From Hypanus sabinus (taxonomy: Eukaryota), in contig NC_082736.1 in NCBI RefSeq assembly GCF_030144855.1, forward strand, positions 7,750,001-7,814,000: a DNA stretch of 64,000 nt, given 5' to 3'. The notes below the pieces were generated by a model that was not told where the DNA came from, ran no database searches, and saw only the letters and a list, made by a program, of their open reading frames with translations. The stretch's first letter is position 1. Each line of letters starts with the position of its first letter. Shown one piece after another: positions 1-14,000 of the stretch. The position numbers and the translations under genes are program-made.

Positions 1-299
1 TATCCTAAATCAGCTGCCGGAGGAGGTGTGGGGCAGAAACCCACAAAGTCTCTGTTCATTAAACCTTCCCAGGAACCTGTCATTCACTGTGTACATCCTG
101 CCCTGTTTGAACCGCCCAGAATAGAGTCAGTGATTTATACAGAACTGAAACCGTCCCTTCGGTAAAACTCATCGAGGCCGACCAAGTTGTCGACCTGAAC
201 TCGTCCCATCCGCCTGCATTAGGCCCGTGTCCCTCTCAACCTTTCCTATCCATGTAACTGTACAAATATGGTTTAAATATTGTACCTGAGGCAGAGAGC

Positions 300-600
300 C
301 GGTGCGGTGAGGCGCTGACAGACACTCACTGTTCCGTGGGGAGGAAGAGGAGAGGCCGATTCCCACAGTGGAGCCGAAACCCAAAGTAGAGACCGACTCC
401 ACTTTACTACAACCCCGTGCCCACCATCCCGGACCGTTCCCCAGGAAACGACGTCGGTGACGTGTAACATCTATGACTTCAGCACGTCATAATCGCTACA
501 CGGCTTCATACGCAACACGGTGTCACATGACGTGAGGCGGGGCAGAGAGACCTGTCAATCAGTGGAGACGTTGAGAAATTGCGAGCATTGGAACAGAGTG
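300..600 (-). promoter_or_regulatory. CpG-rich promoter-like region, possibly with a non-coding first exon on the minus strand
   Basis: Local CpG enrichment; ACTACAACCCC (406-416, ZNF143/SBS-like); several TGACGT CRE-like sites; GTCACATGAC E-box; GAGGCGGGGC GC box; minus-strand donor GTGAGT at 329-324. Confidence 0.35.
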
Positions 601-859
601 GATACTGAGGGGCATTTCCGGGAACAGTGACCCCACCCCCACCCACGGGAATTGAGTGTGTTATAGACAGTAATATTCACATTTTACTTTGACTCCTCGA
701 TCTTATAAATATTTAATATTTGTATTTTCTATACTATTGTGTGGATAATCTTTTATAATTTGGGATAGAAAAACGTTGTAACAAGATCACTGAACCCTTC
801 ATGAAAACAGAAGGTCACGGAAAAATATTGTCAGTCAACATTTTAATCCAAAGTAAGTT

Positions 860-1178
860 AATAGAAGCATAGAAAACCTACAGCACCAAACAGACCTTTC
901 GGCCGAAAAATTTGTGCTGAACATGTCCCTACTTTAGGAATTTCTGGGCTTACCTATCCAAAAGTCTCTTAAAAGACCCTATCGTATCCGCCTCCACCAC
1001 CGTTGCGGGCAGCCCATTCCACGCACTCACCACTCTCTGAGTAAAAAAACTTACCCCTGATATCTCTGTTCCTGCTCCCCAGCACCTTAACCTGTGTCCT
1101 CTTGTTGCAGCCAGTTCAGCCCTGAGAAAAAGCCTCTGACTATCCACACGATCGATGCCTCTCATCATCTTGTACACC
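860..1178 (-). mobile_element. CR1 LINE 3' end, 5'-truncated
   Basis: ORF 950-1177 (YKMMRGIDRVD...TRGH...FFTQRVVSAWNGLP) is CR1 ORF2 C-terminus; CATAGAAA-type tail; same family as 31583-33465. Confidence 0.85.
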
Positions 1179-1269
1179 TTGGGCCTAAAGGAAACGATGC
1201 TGACTTTGTCCTATTTTATCATGTGTCGCCAAGTAGCCCGAAAATACATCGAGTCCATCATCTTCCCGA

Positions 1270-1790
1270 CCACTGAGGTCAGACTGACTGGCCTATGATT
1301 TCCTCTCGTCTGCCCTTCTCCCTCCGTCAAGAGTGGAATAATGTTTGCAATTTTCCTCTTCTCCAGAGCCACGCCAGAATACAGGGATTATAGAAAGATT
1401 ATTACTAAAACTGCCACTATCTCTTCAGTCACCTCTTTCATAGCACTGGTGTAGAAAATCCCGTCTAGCTGATTTATCTACCTTTAGATCTTTCAGTTTC
1501 CCAAGCAGTTTTTCCCTAGTAAAGGCCAATTCACTCCTTTCTGCCCCCTGATTCTCCTGAATTTCCAGCAGACTGCCAGTGTCTTCCACAGTGAAGACTG
1601 ATGCACAATACTTATTCAGCTTCTCTGCCACTTCCCTGTACCCCATTACTACGTCTCCAGCATCATCTACTTTTGCCTCTCTTTTACACTTTGTATATCT
1701 GAAGAAACTGCTGGTATCCTCTTTAATACTAATGGCTAGCTAACCTTCGTATTTCTTCTTATTCCTCTCAATGACTTTTTCAGTCGGTTT
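1270..1790 (-). mobile_element. Degenerate CR1 ORF2 fragment
   Basis: ORF 1425-1646 REVAEKLNKYCASVFTVED...LKVDKS resembles the CR1 linker upstream of RT. Confidence 0.7.
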
Positions 1791-1879
1791 CAAAGTTTTG
1801 TAAATCGTATAACTGAGTGTCAGGGAAGTCTCAGAGTAGCTACTGAACAATGTTCACTCAGCCGAAGGTGGTGGTTCAC

Positions 1880-3185
1880 GTCAGTAGCAGTGGACAGGTA
1901 GAAAATGGATGAGGTCCCACAGTGAATATAGAGAGTTAGGGAACAAGTTAAAGAGCAGGACCTGAAAGGTTATAATTTTTGTGTTACTCCCAATGCTCAG
2001 TGGTAGTTCGGGTGGGAACAGAAAGTTAGAGAAGATGAATTTGTGGCTGAGGAGCTGGTGCAGGGACAGGGTTTCAGGATTCCAGAACACTGGAACCTTT
2101 TCAGGTCCAGAGGTGACATTTACAAGGGGGGGAGGGTGGTTTGCACCTTCACAGGGGGGGGGTGTCAGTATCATGAGGTTCATTGTTGCTCCCTGGGAGG
2201 GTTGAAATGAGATTGACAGGGGGATGTGAACCAGAACACCTGTCACTGAATGGAGAGATTGACGCCTAGTTTGATGCTTAATACTGTAAGGATGGATTTT
2301 GAGGCAAATCCTCATCTGACATGAGTTTGTTTAAAGACAGCTGCACAGTGATTCAGGGCCAGTTTCTTCCTGTAAGGGGGAGGGTCCAGGATGGCAAGGT
2401 TCAGGAACCTTGGATGATGAGAGAGGAAGTAAATTTAGTCGAGGAAGAGTGAGAAGCTTATGTAAGGCTTAGGAAGCTGGAATCAAACAGGGGGTTTGAG
2501 GACGATATTTAAAACACAGAAGGGAACTCAAGAACATTTGGAGAGCGAGAAACAGTGATGAAAAATCTCTGATGAGTAGGATTAAAGATAATCCCACTGC
2601 ATTCTGTACATTCATTGTGGTGAAAAGGATACCCAGGGGTGCACGTCCAACATAAAGCGTGGGTACACAGGTAATGGCAGGTACATTAACATACAGAAGG
2701 ATGCTGGGTCCGGGCAGATTTGTTCCCTGAAACTGGGAGCACAGGTTGACAGGGTGGTAAAGCCGGTGTACGGCATGTTTGCCTTCACCGGGCAAGGCAT
2801 TGAGTTCAATCACCAGGACATCATGTTACAGTTTATAAAATGCTGGTTCGGCCACACTGAGAGCACAGTGTTCAGTTCCGGTCACCTCATTCTCGGAAGC
2901 ATGTGGAGGTTTCGATGCAGGTGCAGAAGTTGTTAAGCAGGATGTCTGGAGGAGGAGTGAGGTGAGGAGAGGCTCGACATGCTGGAGCTTTTTCCTCTGG
3001 AGTGGCGTCAGCTCAGGAGAGATCTGACAGAAATTTATACAATTTTGCAGGACATAGTTGGTGTAAACAGCCAGTAATATTTTTCACAGGAGGGAAATGT
3101 CTTCTACTAAAAGACATGTATTTAAGATCTGAGGAAGAAAGTGAAGGGAACAGTGATGGGGACTTGGAATGCACTGTCAGGGGTG
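1880..3185 (+). mobile_element. Old CR1 fragments (ORF1 esterase-like piece and ORF2 3' piece)
   Basis: MNLWLRSWCRDRVSGF (ORF1 SGNH-like); VYGMFAFTGQGIEF...MLQ (ORF2 3' region). Confidence 0.55.
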
Positions 3186-3189
3186 GTGG

Positions 3190-3367
3190 CAAATTTTTCA
3201 AAATAACAGTCAATATACGTAACTGATTTACTTGTTTATGTATTATGTTTTATTTTATGTATTACTTTTATAACTCTTGTCTTTTAGATTATGTATGACA
3301 TTGAACTGCTGCGGCTACGTTAACAAATTTCACGTCACATGCCGGTGATAATAAACTTGATTCTGAA
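3190..3367 (+). mobile_element. Rex1/L2-like LINE 3' end
   Basis: Ends GATAATAAACTTGATTCTGA; inverted paralog at 56224-56640 encodes HPGHALFSLLPSGRRYRS. Confidence 0.55.
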
Positions 3368-3802
3368 ATGTAAAACGCAAATGTTATTTTTCTGTGAGGC
3401 GATGGGAATCGCTCATGAAGCAACGAACAGGCGATGTTCCCGCATTCTGCACGTCGGAACGGTCCGGGGTCAACCCGCAATGTGGAACCCAGACAACGCG
3501 GTTCCAGGTGATGAAGAGCGGAGTCGTTCAGTGATCGGAGATTAAATTCGCCCTCCCGGGGCTGACTCCGGAAGTTCATTTCATGACTCTGCGCCTAGTG
3601 AACCCGCTGATTCTCTGCAAGGGGAGAGAGCTCATTCGGTCTGCTGAGAGGGGAAAACGAGTCGGGACTGAAACGAACCGGTTTCTGTGCAGATTTATAT
3701 CGGGTTACTTGGCAGAAGAAATATGTCGAAGCACTGACAGATGCAGGATATCAAAGGGACGGAAAGCACCCGCCGGTCAGCCCTTCCACAGACATTGTGA
3801 GT

Positions 3803-3818
3803 GGCTCTGAAAAGAGCC
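3803..3818 (-). terminator. Histone 3' stem-loop of H2A
   Basis: GGCTCTTTTCAGAGCC followed by ACTCA and purine-rich GGAAGGG downstream element. Confidence 0.95.
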
Positions 3819-3848
3819 TTTGGGTAAATAGATTCAGCTTACGTCGCT

Positions 3849-4274
<426 letters not shown>

Positions 4275-4296
4275 TCACCCCGTCCCAACTTGCCCT

Positions 4297-4410
4297 TTTT
4301 ATACCCTCTTTGAGAATGCAAAGTGATGTTTGTGATTGGTGTGATCGTCCTTATTCTCATTGGTGAAGAGAAATGTCCCAATCGAAGAACTGCCTTAATC
4401 GCCAATCAGC
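4297..4410 (-). promoter_or_regulatory. H2A promoter (TATA + CCAAT boxes)
   Basis: TATAAAA at 4303-4297; multiple CCAAT/ATTGG within about 110 bp. Confidence 0.8.
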
Positions 4411-4773
4411 AGTCCGTAAAAGTAGAAGCGGGGAAAATAACCGTCTCCTCCCCAAAATGTACTGAAATCTGGAAAAAAGCCCGCCAAAAATAAATATTCT
4501 TCAAATTTAATTTCCAGTTAAATAATTGCAGATTGGTTACCCTCTGTTACTGAAACCAGGCATATTTGATTTAAGTGTAGTTGATATTGGAGTGTCTAGG
4601 AACTCAATTCTCTAATTTCTTTCAACCTGTAACGGAACCGAATAAAACTGACCCTCAGCTTCTGCCCGCGGTCGGTCACTGTGTGAACGTTATCAGGTTA
4701 TGGAAAACGGTTCTTCTCAAACTTTGACCAGCGTCTAGTCTGCAATTTTGTAAAGTTATTATATGAAAGAGCC

Positions 4774-4880
4774 ATCACGAGGAAATCTGCAGATGCTGGA
4801 AATTCAGACACACACACAAAATGCTGGTGGAAGCCAGCAGGCCAGTCATCATCTATAAGCAGAAGCACCGTCGACGCTTC
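4774..4880 (-). mobile_element. Penelope-like terminal repeat fragment
   Basis: CACACACAAAATGCTGG...CAGCAGGCC...ATCTAT motif shared with GIY-YIG-bearing copies at 18.6 and 30.3 kb. Confidence 0.6.
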
Positions 4881-5166
4881 TCCATACGAAAGAGTCATGG
4901 GGTCTTTCAGGCTCGGGTTGAAATGAGATTCAGGGGTTACCCAGCTGGAACCAATAAACTCCTGAAGCCACAAATAAAACAATCCTCCGCTTGGCATGGA
5001 TACCGAGTGGGACGGACTGATGGGGAAAGGGGGCGGGAGGGGAACAATTCCTTGTCAGTTCAGTGGGAGCTGATTCCAACCGCGATTTAGCTCTTGTAAA
5101 AGTCACCAAATTATGTGCAATTTATTACCTAAATGCTAGTACAACTCTTTTACTGAAATTGTGAGT

Positions 5167-5182
5167 GGCTCTTAAAAGAGCC
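5167..5182 (-). terminator. Histone 3' stem-loop of H2B
   Basis: GGCTCTTTTAAGAGCC + ACTCA; AAAAGAGTTG downstream element. Confidence 0.95.
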
Positions 5183-5214
5183 GTTGTGTTTTCGATCATC
5201 TCACTGGGTAAGCT

Positions 5215-5589
5215 TTACTTGGAGCTGGTGTACTTGGTCACCGCCTTTGTCCCTTCGGACACGGCGTGCTTGGCCAGCTCCCCGGGCAGCAGCAAGCGCA
5301 CGGCGGTCTGGATCTCCCGGGAGCTGATGGTGGACCGCTTGTTGTAATGGGCCAGGCGGGAAGCCTCACCCGCGATGCGCTCGAAAATATCGTTCACAAA
5401 TGAATTCATGATACTCATGGCCCTGGAGGAGATACCGGTGTCGGGATGAACCTGCTTCATCACTTTGTAGATGTAAATGGCGTAACTCTCCTTCCTCGTC
5501 CTCTTGCGCTTCTTGCCAGACTTGCTCGCCGGTTTGGACAGAGCTTTCTTGGCGCCCTTCTTGGGAGCGGGTTTCGGTGCATCAGGCAT
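5215..5589 (-). CDS. H2B: Histone H2B, 124 aa
   Basis: [12 protein letters not shown]...[23 protein letters not shown]...KYTSSK; ATG at 5589. Confidence 0.98.
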   Translation of the reverse strand: MPDAPKPAPKKGAKKALSKPASKSGKKRKRTRKESYAIYIYKVMKQVHPDTGISSRAMSIMNSFVNDIFERIAGEASRLAHYNKRSTISSREIQTAVRLLLPGELAKHAVSEGTKAVTKYTSSK

Positions 5590-5641
5590 TTCTTCGTCGG
5601 TTTCAAACACAATAATAAGCAGAAGCTGTCCGGAGCGCGGA

Positions 5642-5765
5642 TTAAATAGGCAGCGCCCAAAGTGGTATGTTAATGAGGATGGGAATGCAGAGCATTCCCA
5701 TTGGCTGTTTGGAGAAAGGAATCACCAATCGGAACGTTGGGGGATGGGAAGCGGCGCCAATGTGT
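5642..5765 (-). promoter_or_regulatory. H2B promoter
   Basis: TATTTAA (5648-5642), octamer-like ATTAACAT (5674-5667), CCAAT boxes. Confidence 0.75.
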
Positions 5766-7534
5766 GGCGGTTACCGCTGTCGTTTAATGCGGGAGGAAGT
5801 ACAGAAGGGCAGAGACAGGCGGGGGTGCGGGCTGAAATTGAAAAGTGAAACGCAAATTTCAAAAGCAGAATGAAAATAAAATCAGAAGAAATATTGTAAA
5901 ATTAAACATTAAGCCAGTTAGTTGATGACACAGGGCAGGAGAACGAAAGAGAGATTTGGACATTTCAATGTAAATTTCAAATCGAGTTTATTTATGCACA
6001 GGCGAAACGAACAACGTATTTGTAGCAGCATCACAGACACAATGCATCAGACACAACATTGACAAGAAACACTGAAATTAAATAAGAATTATACCAAAAT
6101 ATTCAAATAGACAGAGGACTATCAGAACAAAATCTAAATAACAAAGAGATTATGCGGGCAGTGGGAGAATCACCCTCTTGTGCTTCTTCATCTCGTCACT
6201 CTCGATTCAGAGTCACGCAACGCTGCCGCTTTGATCTGGCCCATGCCTTCATTCACCAGGTCCAACACTTGCCTTTATTGGATCTTCCTCCTCCTGACAC
6301 TAGTCATCGTGTTTGTGGGGCTGTGTGTCCCCTTGGACCCCTAGATTAGGTTTGAGGGTCGGGCTGGTGGATGTATATATGCTGGGAGAGATAAGGCTGT
6401 AGATTGTGTATGGTGAGATATGTGGGGTTACGGTGGATGGGGTAGTGTAGTGGAGCCACACAGTGGCTGATGCTTTTCATTATCGTGGTTCAACACCACT
6501 TGGCTTAGGGAACCGGGTGTGCAAAAGGACACATAATCAATAATTCAACTGAGGGTCATTGGGTGTTTCGGGTCTTTAATCGTGAAACAATCTCACCCAG
6601 GCAATGCAGCCAGGGTGGATCAGGTGTTTATCCCAGGAAGGCGTGTAATTCTACAAGTTGTGGGTTTTTTCGACCTTGTTACTTGGCTTTATTCTGACCA
6701 TTTGAGGAACAGAATGTTCTGAGGCCTAGTAATCAGGTTTTACCTCCAAGTACGGTTAAACTTCCCTACTCCAAATTTACACCTGTCTTTATTTTGCATC
6801 TATGTGCCTGGGATTGCATGGGTTAAATTAACAATGTTTCCTGAAGTACAAACTAGTGATTAATATTAGGCAGATTGATCCATGATTCCAAAACGCAAAA
6901 ATCTCGGAAATCCAGAATTTATTGTACTGACATTACGTCACAAATGGGAAATTTTACCCAGGATTAAATGGCTTGTCTAATGAAGAGCATTTCACGTCAC
7001 TAGGCCTCTATTCACTGGAAATTCGAAGGAAGAATTGTTACTGAATTGAAACCTATCAAATAGTGAAAGGGCTTGAGTGAGTGGATGTGGAGAGAACTTT
7101 TCCTGTGGTGGGAGTGTCTGTAACCAGACCACACAGTTTCAAAATAGAGCGGCATCCTTTTAGAGTGGAGATGAGGTAGAATTTCATCAGCCAGAGAGTG
7201 GTGAATCAGTGGAATTTTTGGCCACAGCAACTGTAGAGGCCAAATCACTGGATGTAGGCAGAGATTCGGGCTAAGAGGAAAAATTGATCAGTGTTGATGA
7301 AATGGCAGAGCAGGCTCGATGGGCCAAATGGCCAAATTCTGTACCTAAATCTGATAGTCTTTTGGACTCACTTAGAAACTAAAATTCTCCCAGACACTGT
7401 TGATCTCAGCTTTGACTCAATCCAGCACCTGAGGCTTCAGATTCCTTATATAAGGAATATAGAAGTTCCTAGTTCTCAGATTAAAGGAATATGATCTCAT
7501 TTCCATCCTGAATGCTTGTCACCTCAATCTGATC

Positions 7535-7772
7535 AACAGACACAAAATGCTGGCGGAAGTCCGCAGGCCGGGCAGCATCTATGGGAAAGGGTAACGAGTC
7601 GATGCTTCAGGCTGAGAACCTTCACCAGGGAGAGATCTGATGGAAGGGTCTTGGGCCGATGTGTTGACTGTTTACTCTTTTCCATAAAGGCTGCCTGTCC
7701 TGCTGAGTTCCTCCAGCATTTTGTGTGTATTACTTTGTATTTCCAGCATTAGCGGATTCTCTGGTGTTTGTG
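7535..7772. mobile_element. Foldback element made of two inverted Penelope-like termini
   Basis: Left arm CACAAAATGCTGG...CAGCATCTATGG...CCTTCACCAGG is the imperfect reverse complement of right arm TCTGATGGAAGGGTCTTGG...CCAGCATTTTGTG; paralog at 40817-41055. Confidence 0.7.
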
Positions 7773-8049
7773 ATTTACGCCTCATTCTGAGGGTATTTTC
7801 CTCAGTTATGGAGATCTCATTCAGGGGAAAGATCCTCCTTGCCTACTGCCAGTCACATCCAGAAAGAATCAAACTGATTTCCTCATTTTCTCATTAACTG
7901 CAGGGAGTACAGACCAGCCCACTCACTCTCCTCTCACATAACAAAACCTCCATCCCTGGAACCAGACCGGTCAGTGTGCGGAACAGTCACTGCACTCTCT
8001 CTATTGCAGGGATATCGTTCCTGAGGAAGTGTGAACAAATCGGGACCAG

Positions 8050-11000
8050 AATCACGCTACCACAGACTGACACGGACAGTCAGTCTCGCAGTCTACCAGA
8101 GACTGACAGGCACAGAATGAAACACAAACTCTCAGAATGTACCTGAGACTGACAGGTACAGAATAAATCCCAAACTCTCACACGGTACCAGAGACTCACA
8201 GATACAGAGTGAAGCCCACACTCTCACACTGTACCAGAGACTCACAGGTACAGAATGAACCCCACACTGTCACACTATACCAGAGACTGACAGATACAAA
8301 ATGAACCACACACTCTCAGACAGTACCTGAGACTGACAGGTACAGAATAAACTCCACACTCTCACACTGTAACAGAGACTGACAGATACAGAATGTAACC
8401 CAAACTCTTACACCCTACCAGAACCAGAGAGACACAGAATGGACCACATATTCTCACACTGTACCGGTGACTGACAGGTACAGAATGAACCCAACACTCT
8501 CACACTGTACCAGAGATTGACAACCACAGAACGAATCCCACACACTCACACTGTACCAGAGACTGACAGGTACATAATGAACCCCACACTCTTACACCGT
8601 ACCAGTGCGCGACAAACACAGAATGGACCACATACGCTCACAATGTACCATTGACTGACAGGTACAGAATAAACCCCACACTCTCTCACTGTACCAGAGA
8701 CTGACAACTACAGAATGGATCCCACACACTCACACTGCAGCAGAGACTGACAATACAGAATGAACCCCACACTCTCATATTGTACCAGAGGCGGACAGAT
8801 ACAGAAAGAAACCAATACTCTCACAGTGTCGCAGAGACTGACAGGTACAGAATGAACCCCACACTCACACACTGTACCACAGACTGACAGGTACAGAATA
8901 AACCACACATTCTCACCCGGTACCAGAGACTGACAGATACAGAGTGAATCCCACACACTCACACTGTACCAGACACAGACAGATACAGAATGAACCCCAC
9001 ATTCTCACACTGTACCACAGACTGACAGATACAAAATGAATCCCACACTCTCAGACTGTACTTGAGACTGACAGGTTCAGAATGAACCCCACACTCTCAC
9101 ACTGTACCATAGACTGAAAGATACAGAATGAATTCCACACATTCGCACTGTACCAGAGACTGACAATACAGAATGATCTCCACACTCTCACACTGTACCA
9201 GAGAATGAGAGATGCAGAATGAACCCCACACTCTCACACTTTACCACAGATTGACAGATAAGGAATAAACGCCACACACTCACACTGTACCAGAGAATGA
9301 GAACTACAGAATGAATCCCACACACTCACACTGTACCAGAGACAGACAATACAGAATGAACCCCACACTCTCACACTGCACCAGAGACTAACAGGGACAG
9401 AATGATCCTCGCACTCTCACAGTCTACCAGAGACTGACAGGCACAGAATGAAAACCACACTCTCTGTCTGTACTAGAGACTGACAACTACAGAATGAATC
9501 CCACACACTCACACTGTACCAGAGACTGACAGATACAGAATGAACCCCATACTCTCACAGTGTAGCAGAGACTGACAGGTACAGAATGAACACCACACCT
9601 ACACACAGTACCAAACACAGACAGATACAGAATGAACCCCAAACTCTGACACTGTACCACAGACTGACAGGGACAGCTTAAAAACCTCAGTCGCACACTG
9701 TACCAGAGACTGACAACTACAGAATGAATCCTACACACTCACACTGCAGCAGAGACTGACAATACAGAATGAACCCCACACTCTCATATTGTACCAGAGG
9801 CGGACAGATACAGAAAGAAACCAATACTCTCACAGTGTCGCAGAGACTGACAGGTATAGAATGAACCCCAAACTCTCACACTGTACCAGAGACTGACAGA
9901 TACAGAATGAACCACACACTCTCACACTGTAGCAGAGACTGACAGTTTCAGAATGAATCTTACACTTTCACACATTTTACAGAGACTGACAGGGACAGAA
10001 TGAACCGCACACTCTCACACTATACCAGAGACTGATATATACCGCATGTACACCTCTCTCTCACTCTGTACCAGAAACAAACAGGGACAGAATGATCCCA
10101 ACACTCCCATACTGTACCACTGACAGAGTGGAACAGAATGCACCCTACACTCTCACTGTCTACCAGAGACTGACAACCACAGAATGAATCCCACACACTC
10201 ACACTGTACCAGAGACAGACAGGTACAGAATGAATCCCACACACTCAAACTGTACCAGAGACAGACAGGTACAGAATGAACCCCACACTCATACACTGTA
10301 CCAAAGTCTGACAGATAGAGAATGAAGCCCACCCTCTCACACTGTACCAGAGACAGACAGATACAGAAGGAACCCCACACTCTCACACTGTACCACAGAC
10401 TGACAGATACAGAATGAACCCCAGCCTCTCACACTGTATCAGAGACTGACAGGTACAGAATGAACATCACACTATGAAACGGTACCAGATACTGACAGGG
10501 ACAGCATAAAAAAACTCACTCTCACACTGTACCAAAGACTGACAGGCACAGAATGTACCCCACACTCTCACAGAGTACATGAGACAGACTGGAACAGAAT
10601 AAACCCCACACTCTCACACTGTACCAGAGACTGACAGAGACAGAATGAACACCACACTCTCACACTGTACCAGAGACTGACAGAGACAGAATGAACCCCA
10701 CACTCTCATGCTGTACCAGAGACTGACAGATACAGAATGAACCCCACACTCTCACACTGTACCAGAGACTGACGGGGAAAGAATGAACCCCACACTCTCA
10801 CACTCTACAAGAGACTGACAGATACAGAATGAACCCCAAACTCTCACACTGTACCAGAGACTGACAGATACAGAATGAACCACACACTCTCACACTGTAC
10901 CAGAGAATGACAGATACAGAATAAACCGCACACTCTCACAATGTATCAGAGACTGACAGGTACAGAGTGAACCCCACACAATCACACTGTACCAAAGACT

Positions 11001-14000
11001 GACAGATACAGAATGAACCCCACACACTCACACTGTACCAGAGACAGACAGGTACAGAATGAATCCCACACACTCACACTGTACCAGAGACAGACAGGTA
11101 CAGAATGAACCCCACACTCACACACTGTACCAAAGTCTGACAGATAGAAAATGAACCCCACCCTCTCACACTGTACCAGAGAATGACAGATACAGAATGA
11201 ACCACACCCTCTCACACTGTACCAGAGAATGACAGATACAGAATGAACCCCACACTCTCACACTGTACCAGAGACAGACAGATACAGAATGAACCCCACA
11301 CTCTCACACTGTACCACAGACTGACAGATACAGAATGAACCCCAGCCTCTCACACTGTATCAGAGACTGACAGGTACAGAATGAACATCACACTCTGAAA
11401 CGGTACCAGATACTGACAGGGACAGCATAAAAAAAACTCAGTCTCACACTGTACCAAAGACTGACAGGCACAGAATGTACCCCACACTCTCACAGAGTAC
11501 CTGAGACAGACTGGTACAGAATAAACCCCACACTCTCACATTGTACCAGAGACTGACAGAGACAGAATGAACCCCACAATCTCACAACGTATCAGAGACT
11601 GACAGATACAGAATGAACACCACACTCTCACACTGTACCAGAGACTGACGGGGAAAGAATGAAACCCACATTCTCACACTAATCCAGAGACTGACAGGAA
11701 CAGAGTGAACCCCACCCTCTCACATTGTACCACAAACTGACATTACAGAATGAACCACACACTCTCACTGTCTACCAGAGACTGATAGGCACAGAATGAA
11801 CCCCACACTCTCACACAGTATGAGAGACTGTCAGATACAGAGTGAAACCCACACACTCACAATGTACCAGAGAATGACAGGTACAGAATGAACATCACAC
11901 TCTAACACTGTACCAGAGACTGACAGATACAGAATGAACCCCACACTCTCACACTGTACCACAGACTGACAGATACAGAATGAACCCCACCCTCTCACAC
12001 TGTACCACAGACTGACAGGGACAGCATAAAAACCTCAGTCTCACACTGTACCAGAGACTGACAGATACAGAATGAACCCCACCCTCTCACACTGTACCAC
12101 AGACTGACAAGTTCAGAATCAACCCCACACTCTCACACTGTACCCGAGGCTGACAGATACAGAATGAACCCCGTAATCTCATAGTGTAGCAGAGACTGTC
12201 AGGTACAGAATGAACCCCACACTCTCACACTGTACCCGAGGCTGACAGATACAGAATGAACCCCGTAATCTCATAGTGTACCAGAGACTGTCAGGTACAG
12301 AATGAACCCCACACTCTCACACTGTACCCGAGGCTGACAGATACAGAATGAACCCCGTAATCTCATAGTGTAGCAGAGACTGTCAGGTACAGAATGAACC
12401 CCACACTCTCACACTGTACCCGAGGCTGACAGATACAGAATGAACCCCGTAATCTCATAGTGTACCAGAGACTGTCAGGTACAGATTGAACCACACACTT
12501 TCACACTTTACCTGAGATGACAGATACAGAATGAACACCTCTTTCTCACACTGTACCAGAGACTGACAGGGAAAGAAATATCCCCACACTCACATACTGT
12601 ACCAGAGACAGAGAGGGACAGAATGAACCCTACGCTCTCACAGACTACCTGAGGTTGACAGATACAAAATGAACCCAACACACTCAAACTGTACCATAGA
12701 CTAACAGGAAAAGAATTAACCACACAGTCTCAACAGTACCAGAGACTGACAGATACGGAATGAACCCCACACTCTCGCAATGTATCAGAGACTGACAGAT
12801 ACAGAATGAACTCCACACTCTCTCACTGTACCAGAGAGTGACAGGTACAGAATGAACTCCACACTCTCACACTGTACCAGAGGCTGACAGATACAGAATA
12901 AACCCCACACTCTCTCACTGTACCAGAGACTGACAGGTACAGAATGATCCCCACACGCTCACACTGTACCAGAGGCTGACAGATACAGAATAAACCCCAC
13001 ACTCTCACACTGTACCAGAGACTGACAGATACAGAATGAACCCCACACTCTCACACTGTAGAAGAGACTGACAGTTTCAGAATGAACCCCACACTCACAC
13101 ATTGTACCACAGACTGACAGATACCGAATGAATCTTACAGTTTCACACATTTTACAGAGGCTGACAGGGACAGAATGAACCCCACAGTCTCACTCTGTAC
13201 CAGAGTCAAACAGGGACAGAATGATCCCAACACTCTCATACTGTATCACTGACAGAGAGGAACAGAATGAACCCTACAATCTCACTGTCCACCAGAGACT
13301 GACAGGAACAGAAGGAACCACACACTCTCACTCTATACCAGAGACTGACAGATACAGAATGTACCCCACACTCTTACACCGTACCAGAACCCGACAGACA
13401 CAGAATGGACCACATACTTTCACACTGTACCAGTGACTGACAGGTACAGAATGAACCCCACACACTCTCTCATTGTACCAGAGACTGACAACCACAGAAA
13501 GAATCCCACACACTCACACTGTACCAGATACTTACAATACAGAATGAACCCCACACTCTCACACTCTACCAGAGTACCAGAGACTGACAGATACAGAATG
13601 AACCACACACTCTCACACTGTACCAAAGACTGACAGATGCTGAATGAATCTCACACTTTCACACATTTTACTGAGGCTGACAGGCACTGAATGTACCCCA
13701 CACTCTCACAGAGTACCTGAGACAGACTGGAACAGAATAAACCCCACACTCTCACAATGTATCAGAGACTGACAGATACAGAATGAACACCGCACTCTCA
13801 CGATGTATCAGAGACTGACAGGTACAGAGTGAACCCCACACAATCACACTGTACCAAAGACTGACAGATACTGAATGAACCCCACACTCTCACACAGTAC
13901 CTGAGACTGACTGGTACAGAATAAACCCCACACTCTCACACAGTATGAGAGACTGTCAGATACAGAGTGAAACCCACACACTCACAATGTACCAGAGACT

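Noticed and set aside
4868-4915. Possible hammerhead between H2B and H2A (minus strand CCTGAAAGA...GAAGCGTCGAC)
   Set aside because: Core does not fit CUGANGA/GAAA; better explained as a truncated Penelope terminus abutting unrelated sequence
5590-5610. N-terminal extensions MFETDEE (H2B) and MTVE (H2A) in the ORF track
   Set aside because: GTG starts in the 5' UTR; canonical ATGs lie downstream
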